From Nageia nagi (taxonomy: Eukaryota > Plantae > Pinophyta), in the NCBI GenBank assembly GCA_050084985.1, contig JBITNC010000002.1:12524001-12588000 (forward strand): DNA of 64,000 bases. The letters run 5' to 3'. The position numbers and the translations under genes are program-made. The first letter of the stretch is position 1. The number at the start of each line of letters is the position of its first letter. The notes under the pieces are model-generated. The model was not told where the DNA came from. It made no database searches and saw nothing but the letters and a program-made list of their open reading frames with translations. Shown piece by piece: positions 25,435-39,100 of the stretch.

Positions 25435-25537
25435 GTATGTTTCAGTTATTCCTTTAGATCTTTCATGTTTGTGATAAAATAAGGAATTTCTATGCAGAAG
25501 ATGTTAACATAATTCCATCTTCACATTGGTATTGCAG
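25435..25537 (+). other. Putative 103-nt intron of pri-miRNA copy B
   Basis: CA|GTATGT donor and TTGCAG|GT acceptor, U-rich. Confidence 0.55.
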
Positions 25538-26298
25538 GTCTGTCATTCTGCCTTCTTCACATTGTTATGGGAGGGCTGTCCTTCTGCGAGAAGCCATTGA
25601 GGCTAACCGTGAGTTTTTATTCTGGTCCAACAGAGAGACTACCATTGTACTTGTGCATATTCTTAGAAGACTCACCTATAGCAGACCAGTATTTGCAACA
25701 AAGAGTTTCAGTACGACAAGCAAGGATAAGCAAGTCCAATTAAAGAATAATGGACGTTAGTGCTAGAGTTTGCTGATATGATCCTAATTAGCTCTTAAAT
25801 ATTGGGAGATGTTAAAAGAGATTAACACTCTTATTTTAGCTTTAGATTATCATAATTAAATATTAATAAAATAATAATTCAACATATTCAATTAAAGAAA
25901 ATTAACTTGTATAAAATGTTAAATTTATGAACCTTAATATTTTTCTTATTTTAGATGTACTTGGCTATATGGAAAATATTTAGGGAGATGGATGGAAAAA
26001 TCCAAAAATAAAAGGATTAAGAATTTTATTGTTAGTTGTTTTTTTTGCATTTGTAGTTGTGTGATATATTATAAATATTTATGAAGATATTATTATATTG
26101 AAGTTTTTTTTGTTTTGTTTTGTTTTTATGATGTAAAATGATTTATTATTTGTTTTTACTTATGAAATTATAATTTATGCATCCAATTTAATATATCTCT
26201 TAAAAGTGTATTTATTTTAGCTAGAATAAGAATTATGAATCTCATTAAATTATTTGTTATATCATTGCATTATGGGTTATCAAGTGGACATGATACCT

Positions 26299-26304
<6 letters not shown>

Positions 26305-26337
<33 letters not shown>
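26305..26337. repeat. (TA)n microsatellite
   Basis: Read directly. Confidence 0.95.
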
Positions 26338-26340
<3 letters not shown>

Positions 26341-27300
26341 CTTTAATGCCATAATGATACTAAAAATGGCTTGTGATTATTGACCTTACTTAGCATTAAT
26401 TTTTTATTTATATACTATTCATATAGTAAATGTTTTCTATTAATGTACCTTTTATTATTATTATCTTTAAAATTATTATTAATATTTTTGTTATGTACAT
26501 CATATGTGTAGATTGTAGTAGTTTTTCATTTGATCACAATGTAAAGTTTATATTTTTATTATATTAGGTATATATAAAATATATCTTGTAAAAAATATAG
26601 TATTATATCCTATAAGTTATTCCATGGCATTCTTCTTATTTTTCTATAGTTGATCAATTGTGATATAGTTCTTCTAATAGTTTCTACTTTTCTTATCTTT
26701 ATATATTAAGTTATAAGAAATTCATATGCAAATTTTCTTTAGATTAATAGTGCTGATAAGGGATTTATGTCCATTAGATCTAGTCAATATATTATTTATC
26801 TAATTATTTTTATCATTAAAGATAGTCATGGATCCAACAAAAGCTATTCTTATTTATCTAACACATTTTTTAACAAAAAGTAGTGATATGGCTCTAACAA
26901 AACTATAGGAATAACTCATTAATTGTATTAAGCTTTCCATTTAATGATATTTGATTCACTTAATTTGTCACATTATGATATCTAAATAAGATGAACCATA
27001 AAGTGCACGAATACTATAATTCTATAGTGAAATAGATAATTAGCTATTCTTTCAAGAATACCAATAATGGTTTTATTTATCTATTATTTTATGAGTAACA
27101 AGCAATTGACCATTTATAGGTATATGTGATATTAACTTGTTCATTTCTTTATTCATGAATGATATCCATTAGCATAAAATAACATCTTATGGTAATCAAA
27201 ATTTGAAAATAATACAATTAATAATGAAACTAGTAATACATATACTTTAGTCTATTATGATCTAATCCCATATAGAAAGAGGTCATGCTAAGATAATAAG

Positions 27301-27301
<1 letters not shown>

Positions 27302-27356
<55 letters not shown>
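27302..27356. repeat. (TA)n microsatellite
   Basis: Read directly. Confidence 0.95.
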
Positions 27357-27358
<2 letters not shown>

Positions 27359-28264
27359 CAGTTTTGTAAATATTTAAAGTTATTAGTTGAGAGTTGTTCT
27401 TCCTACAATTGTAACAATGGATGGAATGGAAAAATAAATTATCATATGTGGGTCCATCAGTTAAACAAGAAAATAAGAATTTAAATTACAATTTGTAATT
27501 CTAATTTATTATTATTATTATTATTCAACTATTCTTGAAATGTATCATTGGATTGAAAGTTAGTGATGTTTTTATACAATATTAATTTTAACATTCAATT
27601 TTTAATTAAAATAATATGTAGTTTAGTAATTTACTTTTATGTATGATTTTATAAACCTTTTCATTATTAAAATTACCTACTTATTTACTTATATTAATAG
27701 TATATAAAAAAGTTACATCAACTATAGAATCTAAATACCTATTATTAACTCTCAAAATTCATTAGGCAAGAGAATGAGTTACTTTCCTTTAATAATATAT
27801 TTTTTATTCTAGAAAATTCAAGAAACATTATCCTTCGAGAAGCAAATAAGACTCCTTATAGTGCACCAATAGGAGGGGATAACATGCATACGAACTTAAA
27901 GAAATTGTTATTCATTTTGGATGAAGAAAAAAATGAAAAACATTATCACCCTTTATTTAGAGTGTAGCAACATAAAAATAGAACATTTTAAACCTTTATG
28001 TAAATTATTTCCAAATAACCTATAGGTAAATTATTTTTGACTAACATCCCAACTAAGAAATGAGAAAACATATTAATGGTTTCCATTAGAAGACTACCAA
28101 GAACACAATTTCAATAGGATTCCATAACGGTGGTGGTTTATAGGTTGATAAAAGAGGTACACTTTATACCTAGTAATATTTTTGATGATTCAATTATTGT
28201 TGCTAATCAATTTATACATTAGGTCTTTAGATTATACCTATTTTTTAAATTTTATAATCCTTAG

Positions 28265-31200
28265 TAATTCACCTTAAAATGATCATAACTTTTGATTAAA
28301 CCATTGAATCATCTTGAAATTTTGAAGAGAGCTAGTGTCTTCTCTTTTTTGCCCCCAAATGGATTTTCTGATCAACCTAAATCCATCATTTAGTGCCTCA
28401 AAATTAGCTTTTAGTGTCAATTTTTAGGATTTTCCAATAAGTAGACTTTAATATCTTTTATTGTAGAATTTGTGTAGAAGAAAAAATTAGGAAATGGATT
28501 AGTCTATGTTGATTGGACTTGAACACCAAGTTTGGTTGTAATCCAAGGAACTTTCTATCTTTAGAAAGTTTTTATTTTTAGTAATGTCCTAGTTTTTAGA
28601 CTGTTTGTTATTTTTGAGGGAGAGTCTCCTTCTTTCTATATTAGCTATTGTAATAGACCTAAAAAAAGGTATTGCAAATTCAATAATGGGAAGAAGATTA
28701 TTTATAGGTTTTCTTCTATGTTAATACATTTATGTTATTAGAGCCCATTTTGTTGGTCTCTTATAGCTAAATTCACAACATTTGGTATCAAAGTAGGTGT
28801 GATCTCACTAGTGGAGAGAAGATACCACCTAAAAGATGGGTTGGGGGTGTAGGCAGGGGTGTAACGGGTGCCTATGCCCACATGAATAGACAAATAAAGG
28901 ATGTGCATGCATAAATAGAATAGTTAACTAGTGCAATTAGTCATATGGGGGAGAGGAGACCCCGTACTCACTCAAATATTAGATCTAATAATGAGAGCAT
29001 GTCTAGGGAAGATGTACCTAATGTTGAGGTGGATGGAGAATCCTTACATTAGGAAGAAGTGAGATAGTGCTTTAAGAATAGGCTAATCCAAGCCTTGGAA
29101 AGGATAAGAGGAAATTGATATGGGATCAAGATCAAGGTTTCTAAGTATGCTGATGGGTTGAAACTAGAGGAGTTAATCGATTGGGTAAATAGCATGGAGA
29201 AATACTTTGAATGGGGTAATCTAGTTGAAGATAAGAAGGTGAAGCTTGCATGCATGAAGTTAAAGGGGCATGCATTGATTTGGTGGGATCATCTGTAGAC
29301 ATCACGATAGAGAAAGGGGAAAGAGAAGATTAGGGCTTGGGCCAAGATGAAGAAGAAGTTACAATAAAAATTTATTCTTGTATATTATTCCCAAACCTTA
29401 TTTTGTAGATTCTAGAATCTTCAATAGAGAGAGAATAGAGTATCAAAGATTACACCAACGAGTTCTACAAATTATCCATTTGGTTGGAGCATAATGAGAT
29501 AAATGAATAGAGAGCTATAAGGTATGTGAATGGCCTAAGTCTTTTTATTCAGGATGAGATAAGTATTCGTCATACTCTTACTAAAGAAGATGTATACCAA
29601 ATGGACCTAAGAGCTGAGGAGAAGCTTAAGAGGGTTAACAAAAAGGCAAAGAAAGGATCAACACCCTCTTTAAATCAAGGGCATGTTAGATTGAATTTCT
29701 CCAAAGGAGAATCATCAACATTTTCCAAAAAGGAGGATCAAGTAGGAAAAGGTCAAGATAGCTCCCAAAAAGGAAGAGTGTATCAAAGAGGAAGAGGGAA
29801 TGGTGAAGGAAGGATGGAGAATGGACCATGTAAACCATTCATCTATTATAGATGTGGAGAGGAAGGTCATAAAGCATTTGACTACCCTTAGTATGATGCA
29901 CAAGAAAGGGGACAAGCAAGGGTTGTACTAATTTAAGAAGAGAAAGAGACTAAGACAAAATTCATTGCAGATATGGGTGAAACCCTCATGATATGGAGAA
30001 CTCTCATTATTCTAGACAAGGTAAGCATGGAAGAAGAAGATGATGGAGATTCTTGGTTTCCTAGTAATAGTTTTTGCATAAGATGCACCTCAAGAGGAAA
30101 CGTATGTAACATGGTCATTGATGGGGTTAGTTATGAAAATTTGGTCTCTGATATCATGGTTGATAAATTAAATCTCAAATGTGAAAAACATCCAAACCTA
30201 TTTCATGTTTCATGGATTAAGAAGAAAAATATAGTAACCATTGATAAGAGGTGTTCGATCAACTTATCGATTGGGAAATATTACAAGGATGAAGTGTGGT
30301 GTGATGTGATCCTGATGGATACATGTCACATTCTGTTAGGGAGACCAGAGCAATATGATAGGGATTCTGATCATAATGGTAGAAAGAATACTCACACATT
30401 TTGTAAGGGTATTATGAAGTTGGTTCTTGTGTCTTTAAAGGAGGATGGATCAAGTGAGAGCTTCTTGGCATCAAAGGAGTTTTTTAAAGTAATTAAGGAA
30501 GCTAGTTTCTATTATGCCTTAATAGAAAGGAAGCTAGAAATAGAGGAAGTGGTAATACCTATAGTAGTAGCTTAGTTGCTAAAAGAATATGAAAATGTCA
30601 CACCAAAGGAGTTGCTAGATGGGTTGCCACCAAAGAGGGATATCCAACATCACATGGATTTGATCCCAAGATCAACACTTCTAAATCAAGAAACTTATCA
30701 ATTGAACCTAACATAGAATGGAAAGTTGAGTAGGCAAGTGATAGATTTGATAAAGAAGGGATTAGTCAGGGAGAGTATGAGTCCATGTGTGACTCTAGCA
30801 TTGATAACCCCAAAGAAATATGATTCATGGAGGATGTGTGTAAATAGTAGAGCCATATATGAGATCATAATAAAGTATCGATACCCTATGCTAAGGGTGG
30901 ATGGCATGATGGATGCATTGGCTAGAGTAAAATACTTAAGTAAAATTGATCTATGGAGTGGTTACTACTAGATTAGAATTTGAGAACGTGATGAACAGAA
31001 GATAGATTTTAAGATAAAAGATGGATTATACAAATGGATGGTGATGCCATTCAAGTTATCTAATGCACCTAGTACATTTATGTGGTTGATGAATAGGGTA
31101 CTACAAGAATATAATGGTAAGTTTGTAGTTGTGTATTTTGATGATATCTTGATTTATAGTAAAAGTGAATAAGAGCATTTTTTACATTTGAAATTGGTGT

Positions 31201-33951
31201 TAGATGTGCTCAGAAAGGAGAAACTATGTTTTTAATTTAAAGAAATGTAATTTTTTAGGATACTTTAGTATTTTTAGGATTTGTAATCTCTAGAGATGGG
31301 ATGAGGATGGATGATGAAAAAGTGAAGGCAATTATGGAGTGGCCTATTTCATGAACTATAATAGAAGTAAGGAGCTTTCATGGCTTAGCTACCTTTTACA
31401 AAAAGTTTATCAGGAACTTTAGCAATATAGCTACCCTTATAACTAAGTGCATAAAAGGGAAGGATTTTGTATGGAATACAACAACAATTGAGAGTTTTGA
31501 AATATTGAAAAAGAAGGTGTTATAAGCCCCTATTCTAGTGTTACCAGATTTTAGTAAGATATTTGAGGTTGATTGTGATGCCTCATTTGTTAGAATTGGT
31601 GGTGTATTGAGTTAGGAGGGTCAATCAGTAGCATTTTTCAATAAGAAGCTGAATGATGCAAGGAAGAATTACTCTACATATGATGTGGAGTTTTATGCAA
31701 TTATGCAAGCATTGTAGCATTAGAGGCACTACTTAATCTCAAAGGAGTTTATGTTTTTTTACTAATCATGGAGCATTTAGGTATGTTAACTCTCCAATAA
31801 TGTTAAACAATAGACATGAAAAATGGGTTTTATTTTTGAAATAATATACATTTATCCTACAACACAAATTTGGTAAGCAAAATAAGGTTTCTAATGCATT
31901 AAGTAGGAGAGTATTGTTGCTAACCACTATGGAGAATGTAGTGGTGGGATTTGAGGGAATAAAAAATATGTATGAATCTAATGCTGATTTTGAGAATATT
32001 GTGAGATAGTGTACAAGTGTAGTAGAAGGTGATTCTCATCTAATTTTTAAAGAATAATTTTTTTAGAATGGTTACTTATTTAAGGGTAATTGATTATGTA
32101 TTCCCAATGGCTCTATGAGAGAGAACATCTTGTAAGAATTACATAGAGGGGGTCTAGTTGGTCATTTTGGAGTAGCCAAAACTACAACTCTTGTAGAGGA
32201 GAAGTATTATTGGCCAAAGATGAAAAGAGACATAATCATGCTTGTCTCTAGATGTAGATGTGCTAAATAGCTAAAGGCCATGCACAAAATACAAGGTTGT
32301 ATATGCTACTTCCAATTACTAGAAGACGGATCACTCTAATTATGGATTTTATGTTGGGATTTCCCAAGACACAATAGGGTAAGGATTCAATTTTTGTTGT
32401 GGTAGACAGACTTTATAAAATGGCCCATTTTATTGCTTGCCAAAAAATTAATGATGCCACTAAGATTATAGTCTTATTCTTTGATGAGGTTGTGCAACTA
32501 CATGGTATCCCAAAGATTATTACTTCTGATTGAGATACTAAGTTCTTTGGTCATTTTTGGAGGACATTATGGAAGAAGTTAAATACAAGGATACAATTTA
32601 GTAGTGCTTACCATCCATGGATTGATGGGAAAATAGAGGTAGTGAATAAAAGCTTGGGAAAACTCTTATGGTGCATAGTTGGGGAAAAGCCAAAATAATA
32701 GGATTTCACCTTATCATAAGCTGAATTTGCATATAATAGCTTAGTGAATAGGTCAACAGGTAAATCTCTTTTTCAAATTATTTATGATCAAAAGCCTAGT
32801 TGTGTATTAGATCTTATTGATTTACCAATGATAGACAAAGTTAGTGATGATGTAGAAGCATTTGTTGAGCATACATATCTAGAAAGTGCAAGAATCAATG
32901 AAAGAAAAACTACATAGTAGTAATGCTCACTACAAAGAGGTTGTTGATGCACATAAAAGGATGAAAGTGTTTAAAGAGGGTGATATGATGATGGTTCATA
33001 TTAGAAAAGAATGATTTCCTAAAGGGAAGTATAATAAATTGAAATTTAAGAAAATTGGACCTTACAAGATTTTGAAGAAGATCAATGACAATGCCTATAA
33101 ACTGTAGTTACCTAATGAATTTGGTATTTCACCTATTTTTAATGTTTTTGATTTATTTCAATATCAAGTTACTATTAAGGATGGTGATCTAAAAGATTCA
33201 ATAAATTAGGCACCACATATGCCTAAGAAGAAGAAGGATAGAGTTGCACAAATACTTGATAAGAAGGTGATCACCACTAGACATGGGAGTTACAACAGAT
33301 ACCTAGTTTAGTGGAAAGGATTGTCCTTATCTAATAAAATTTGGGTTTTAGAGTTAGAGCTATAGAAAATTGATAACCAAAAGTTCAAGATTTCATTTTA
33401 GTTGAACTCATAGGAGTTGAGTTCTTTTTCACCAAAGGTGAATGATGCACCTTAAAATGATCATAACTTTTGATCTGACTGTTGGATCATCTTGAAATTT
33501 TGAGGAGGGATGCCCCCAAGTAAAATGTTTTTTGATTAGCTTAAATCTATCATTTAATGCCTTAAAATTAGTTTTTAATGTTAATTTTCAATATTTTCCA
33601 ATAAGTAGGCTTTAATATCTTTTGTTGAAGAATGTTTTAGGAGAATAAATTAGGAAATAGCTTAGTCTATGTTGACTAGGCTTGTATGCCAAGTTTGGTT
33701 GTAATTCAACAAACTTTCTATTTTTAGAAACTTTCTAAGTTTCTATTTTTAGTAATGTTCTAGTTTTTAGACTATTCATTATTTTTCAGGGAGAGTCTCC
33801 TTCTTTCTATACTAGCTATTGTAATAGACTTGAAAAAAGGTATTGTGAATTCAAGAATGAGAAGAAGATTATTTAGAGGTTTTCTTCTTTGTTAATACAT
33901 TTATGTTATTGGAGCCCATTTTGTTGGTCTCTTGTAGCTGAATTCACATCA
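28265..33951 (+). mobile_element. Full-length decayed Ty3/gypsy chromovirus (element B, same internal family as A)
   Basis: LTRs 28265-28780 and 33443-33951, PBS TGGTATCAAAG 28783, PPT CAAAGGTGAA, flanks CTTAG/TCTAG (both derivable from CCTAG). Gag CCHC remnant (YYRCGEEGH), protease, RT (YFDD), RNase H, integrase and chromodomain-like RYLV*WKG. Confidence 0.93.
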
Positions 33952-34519
33952 TCTAGATTTATAGTTTTTTTTCAAGTTCTTAATAGGTAATGCATCATGC
34001 TTTGGGCACACATTTGAACAATGTTCTTCATGTCATATAGAAATAGGTAATCAAATTAAACAAGTAAACTAATGCTTGCTTACAAAACATGTTAAGGATA
34101 TATTACATGGATAATATGATAAATTAGTATTAATACTTGTACTTAGTTAAATTTTATTATAATAATGGTTATAATTTATCACTTTGAATGGTTTAATTTG
34201 AATAATTATATAGTGATCTATGTAGAACTTCACTTTTATGAGATAATCTTAAAGATTGTATTGTTATCCAATGTGAGATTTTATAAATTATGCAGGAAAA
34301 ATTAAATAATGTTCAAGTGAATATTAAGATTAAATAAAATGATTCTAATTTTCATTCTCTATAGGTCATAATAAAATTAAGCATTAATAATTTTCTTGTT
34401 ACACTTCATTTGAAGCATATTTAATCACATTCATGAAAAATAAGCATTATAATTTTGCATTCTTATGGAGAAAATAATTATGTATAATTGCATAATATTT
34501 TCATACATTGATTATAATT

Positions 34520-34740
34520 ACATAATATTGTCATGACAATAATTAAAGTCCATACCAACTTAAATCCTATGGTTAGAATTGCATAATTATTTTAGGACTA
34601 CAATTACAATCCTTACGAACTTGCATACTACTGGTATGTATCTATAATAAATTTCATGACAATAACTAGAATCCATACAAACTTGTATCACATGATTAAA
34701 TGTACATAATAATTGCAAGATAAAAATTAGTATCATATTA
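34520..34740. repeat. Degenerate ~124-bp tandem repeat, 2 copies
   Basis: TCATGACAATAA.TA.A.TCCATAC.AACTT at ~34531 and ~34654. Confidence 0.6.
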
Positions 34741-36163
34741 GTTTGCTAACATAAACATCTACCTACATGAGACCTTTATTGTACATGCAAAGGATTATAA
34801 AACTATTAACTAAGGATGTAGGTATAAATAAGACTCCATTGGAGAAGGTTAAATAAATTTATGGAGTTACTATGAAATTGATAAACCTTTTTTCTATGCA
34901 AAGGTATCTATATAATTATGTTTTTATTCATTTTTTTAAATATATTTTGGATCAATAGTATTCCCATCACAAGATAATCAAGGATATTAATCCTAATTGT
35001 GTATGCTACTTCAATAAAAAAAAACTATTTCCATTTATAAATAATTACAATAATACTCTATTATATACATTTAAAAAAATTGAATTCAATTTATAGGCCA
35101 AACCCATTTATTCTAAGATATATAAGAAATAATCCATCTAGTATTTATTTAAATGGTGAAAAGATTTTCCTTTAGTAGAATAAATTTATTCTTCCTAAGG
35201 AAAATAAAATTAAGGAGGAAAATTTAACCCATAAAGAATGTAGTGCTTCTATGATAAAGAATCCACAAGACCAAGTTACACTTTTAATTATATATAGCAA
35301 TGGATACATAATTTATTTTTGGGATACTATAAAATTCATACAACTAAAAACTTACTAATATGAGAACTCATTGAAAATAGAATTTTACTAATATTACCCT
35401 AATATGGAAAAAGTAATTTCTCTTTAAAATTTAATTATATATTCAAGAAAGCTTACATAAAATAATTTTCACATAAATGCCCTGGTTACAACAAATGAAG
35501 CAAAAACTACTTTCACACAAACTTCACACAATCATGCAACCTGGAATGAAGTAAATCTAGTTCTCAATAATATGAATGGTAAAAATGAAATAAACTAGTA
35601 GACATGTAAAAGAGGATGGGAACCATTCAACAAGATCCTTTATTTTTTTTCCTAATGTTATTTACTCTTATCACTCTACCCCATTACTCTTATGATTATT
35701 TAGGATTGAAACATGCTTAAGTATATCGATTTGTTAATGTGGTGATTACCATGGTTATTTTTTTTTTAACATCATTAAAGACACACTCATGATATTAAGA
35801 TTTATGGGATAATATTTTACATAAAACACCTTAACATATCTTATAATACTTTAAAAAAGAATTGTAAATAAATATTTAAAAATTAATTATTTACAAATTG
35901 CCAAAGAAAAAGTGTTATTCACCTATATAAATTATTATTAATTTCATGATGAAGCATCCTCCAAATATGATATGCTAACTAAATCATCATAATAATAATG
36001 ATGTTATTTTTTATATGCCTAAGGAAGGCTAATATAATGGCAAAACATGAAGATTATTAGCATAAAATATTGAAATACCAAGCATGCAAGAGTATAAAAG
36101 ATGAACTACATGATATGTGGAGATGATAATCATTAAGATATATCATAGGGTATGTGATCCCAA

Positions 36164-39100
36164 TGTTGAACTCTTATGATTGGATTTGAACATTATAGGG
36201 AATGCCATTCTTTACTTCTAAAATTCCATGGGTTTTTCTAAGTGCTATTTATAGCAATGTTTCTATTTTTAGAATTTCAAAATTAATTTCAAAGTTTAAA
36301 TTCTTTTGAGAATAACCAAATATTTATAATTGCAATTTTTTTCTCAAGTTAAATAGCCAAAAAAATATGGGAATAAATTATGTATAGAAATTTTGCTATT
36401 TTTAAGATTTTAAAACTAATTGGAATAAGCTTTTTTTATATAATTATAAATTATAGTTTTTGAAAATTTTAATCTTTAGTTACTAGTTCTCGGGCATTAT
36501 TTCATCTTGTACTAGGCATTTCCACTCTTTGGGACTTTGTTGATCCCCAAACTACTTTCAGGTTTTGATTATGCTTCGAGCATTTTCTCCTACTCTGGGT
36601 GTTGCTAATCTCCATTCCTAGGACCTATATTAGCCTCTAGTCATCAAGCATTATCACCATATCTTGGATCTATATTAGCATGTAGGATCTACTTCAATCT
36701 TTAGGTGTTATCAAGCTTGGCATTCTAAGATATGGTGATTGATGGAATTACTTCCCAAACTCCATGACTTATTCTCTACACAAGTCTTCTTCAAGCTATG
36801 GTCATTTTTCTCTATGATGCACTTTTAGGATATCTTTTTTTGGGTTCTCTCTCTTCATGGTAGTAACAAACCTTGGGAATTATTGTTGCCTTCTTTGTTG
36901 TAGGTAGTGATAACACCCATCAATTTTGGTGAGTGACATCACCATTTTAGAGTCAATATCCTAGGACTTATTCAAATATCATATCCCTCTTGCATCAAAA
37001 CCTGAATTTCTACACATCGACATTAACATTTTTGTACAAGATGGTTAATCTACCTTTTGCAACCATTTAATGTGTTTCAAACATCATGCATACAAGGGCA
37101 TGGGCTTCCTCTACTCTTTGTAGAAAGGATGACAGAATGCATGCATGGAGCCATGTTGCATTTAATTATATTTTTACCAAGTAGCACATATGTAATATTT
37201 TATTTTAGTATAAGTCTAGGTAGCCTATCTATAAGCTAGGGATGCAGGAGTGAATTAAATAATCATGTATTTTTCCTTGATAGCTCTAAGATAACATTGT
37301 AAAAAATTTACTTCTCTACAATACAAAAAATATTTTGGTATCCTATTTATCTTGATGTTTATTTCACTTATGGTTAGCCTTGCTATGCTTTGGCTATATA
37401 CATTATTATTTAATTTTCTTCAAAATCTACAATTGGTATTAGAGCAGGAGATTTATTAGGTTAAATGGATTCCAAGAAAGGAAATTCACTATAATTGCAA
37501 ATTCCCATTTTCAATGGATACCATTACAAGTACTAGTGCATCTAGATGTGCACATTTCTTATCTCATAAGACCTATGGATATTTGTTTCCCATGGATTTA
37601 CTAACTCAGATGAAGTTGTATTTGTAGCCATGACTACAGATGAGAAGAAAGAAGTGTTGGAGAACCAAAACAAGGATGCCAAGGCATTATTTTCCATCCA
37701 ATTTGGGATAGATGTATCCATATTCCCCAAAATTATAGAGTGTAAGACTTCTAAGGAAGCATGGGAGATCATGGAGATTACATACAAAGGATTATCTAAG
37801 GTTTTTGAGGCAAAGTTCCAAATTTTAAAGAAAGAGTTCAAATCTCTCTATATGAGAGAGGAAGAAAATATAAGTTTATTTTTTTTCAAGATCCAAGATC
37901 TTGTAAATGCCCTTCATTCACATAGTGAAGATATGGGAGACACTAGAATTCTTGAAAAGGTGCTTTGGAGCTTGCCAAGAAGGTTTGATCCCATCACCAC
38001 TACTATTGAAGAAGTAAAGGACCTATCCCAACTCATGCTTGTGGAGTTGCAAGGTAGTATAACTACCTATAAGTATAAAATTAGTAACAAAGTTGAGTAT
38101 TTGGACCAATATTTCCAAGAAAAGTTGAGAATGAAGGGCTGAGAGCCCTCTTTATCAACTGCTAGTTCTTCTTCATCCTCTCATGGAAGAGGTGGATCAC
38201 TATGAGGAAGAAGCAATGGTTGAGGTAGAGGAAGAAGAGGTCATGGAAGAGACTACTCTAGGGGAAGATCACAAAATGATACCCCTAGAAATTATGATTT
38301 TTATAACAAAGATGGTCACACAGAATCACATTGTTGGAAGAAGAATCCCTAGCTCAAAGCTTAGTATGTTGAGGATCAAGCTGAGAGAAGCATGTTTCTC
38401 ACTTTTAGTAGTTTCCAAGATGAAGAAGAATATGTATGGTACTTATCTAGTGGTTTCTCTAACCACATGATTGAAAACAAATCCTTGTTTATTAATGTTG
38501 ACACCTCTATCACAAGCTAACTTATGTTTAGTGACAACAAAAGTATTGAAATCCATAGTAGAGGAACTATTACTTTTAATTATAAAGCTAGTAAGATAGT
38601 TTATATACATAGAACTCTCTTTGTTCCTAGCCTCAAGCATAATTTGTAAAGTATTGGCCAGCTTAGTATAAGGGGTTATCGTACCACCTTCAAAAGGAAA
38701 TGGTGCACCATAGTAAAAGAGGCCAATAACCAACTATAAGCCACCATCCATATGATTGAAAATAGGATGCATATGCTCAGGATGATACTTGTAGTAAGTT
38801 GTTTAAAGGCATCCATTGATTCTACTTATTTATGGCATATAATATCTGGTCATTTAAACTTTCACTCATTAATGGTCTATAAAATTAGTGAGAGGCCTTC
38901 CTTCCATATCCCATACATCTGGTGAGGTTTGTGAAAGTTGTGTTGTAGGCAAGCAATATAGAGAAATTTTCAAAGTACCAATATAGGGCCAATTACCCTC
39001 TTTAGCTGATGCATGTAGACTTGTGTGGACCAATGTAGACTCCTAGCCAAGGTGGTAAGTCAAGATATATGCTCACCTTTACTGATGAATTTTCTAGGAT

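Larger units (their letters stand above)
22520..26830 (+). repeat. Segmental duplication unit, copy B
   Basis: Colinear with 950-4330 as listed for copy A. Confidence 0.92.

Noticed and set aside
14615-33951. Gypsy A and B as parts of the segmental duplication
   Set aside because: Different LTRs, TSDs and flanks indicate independent insertions.
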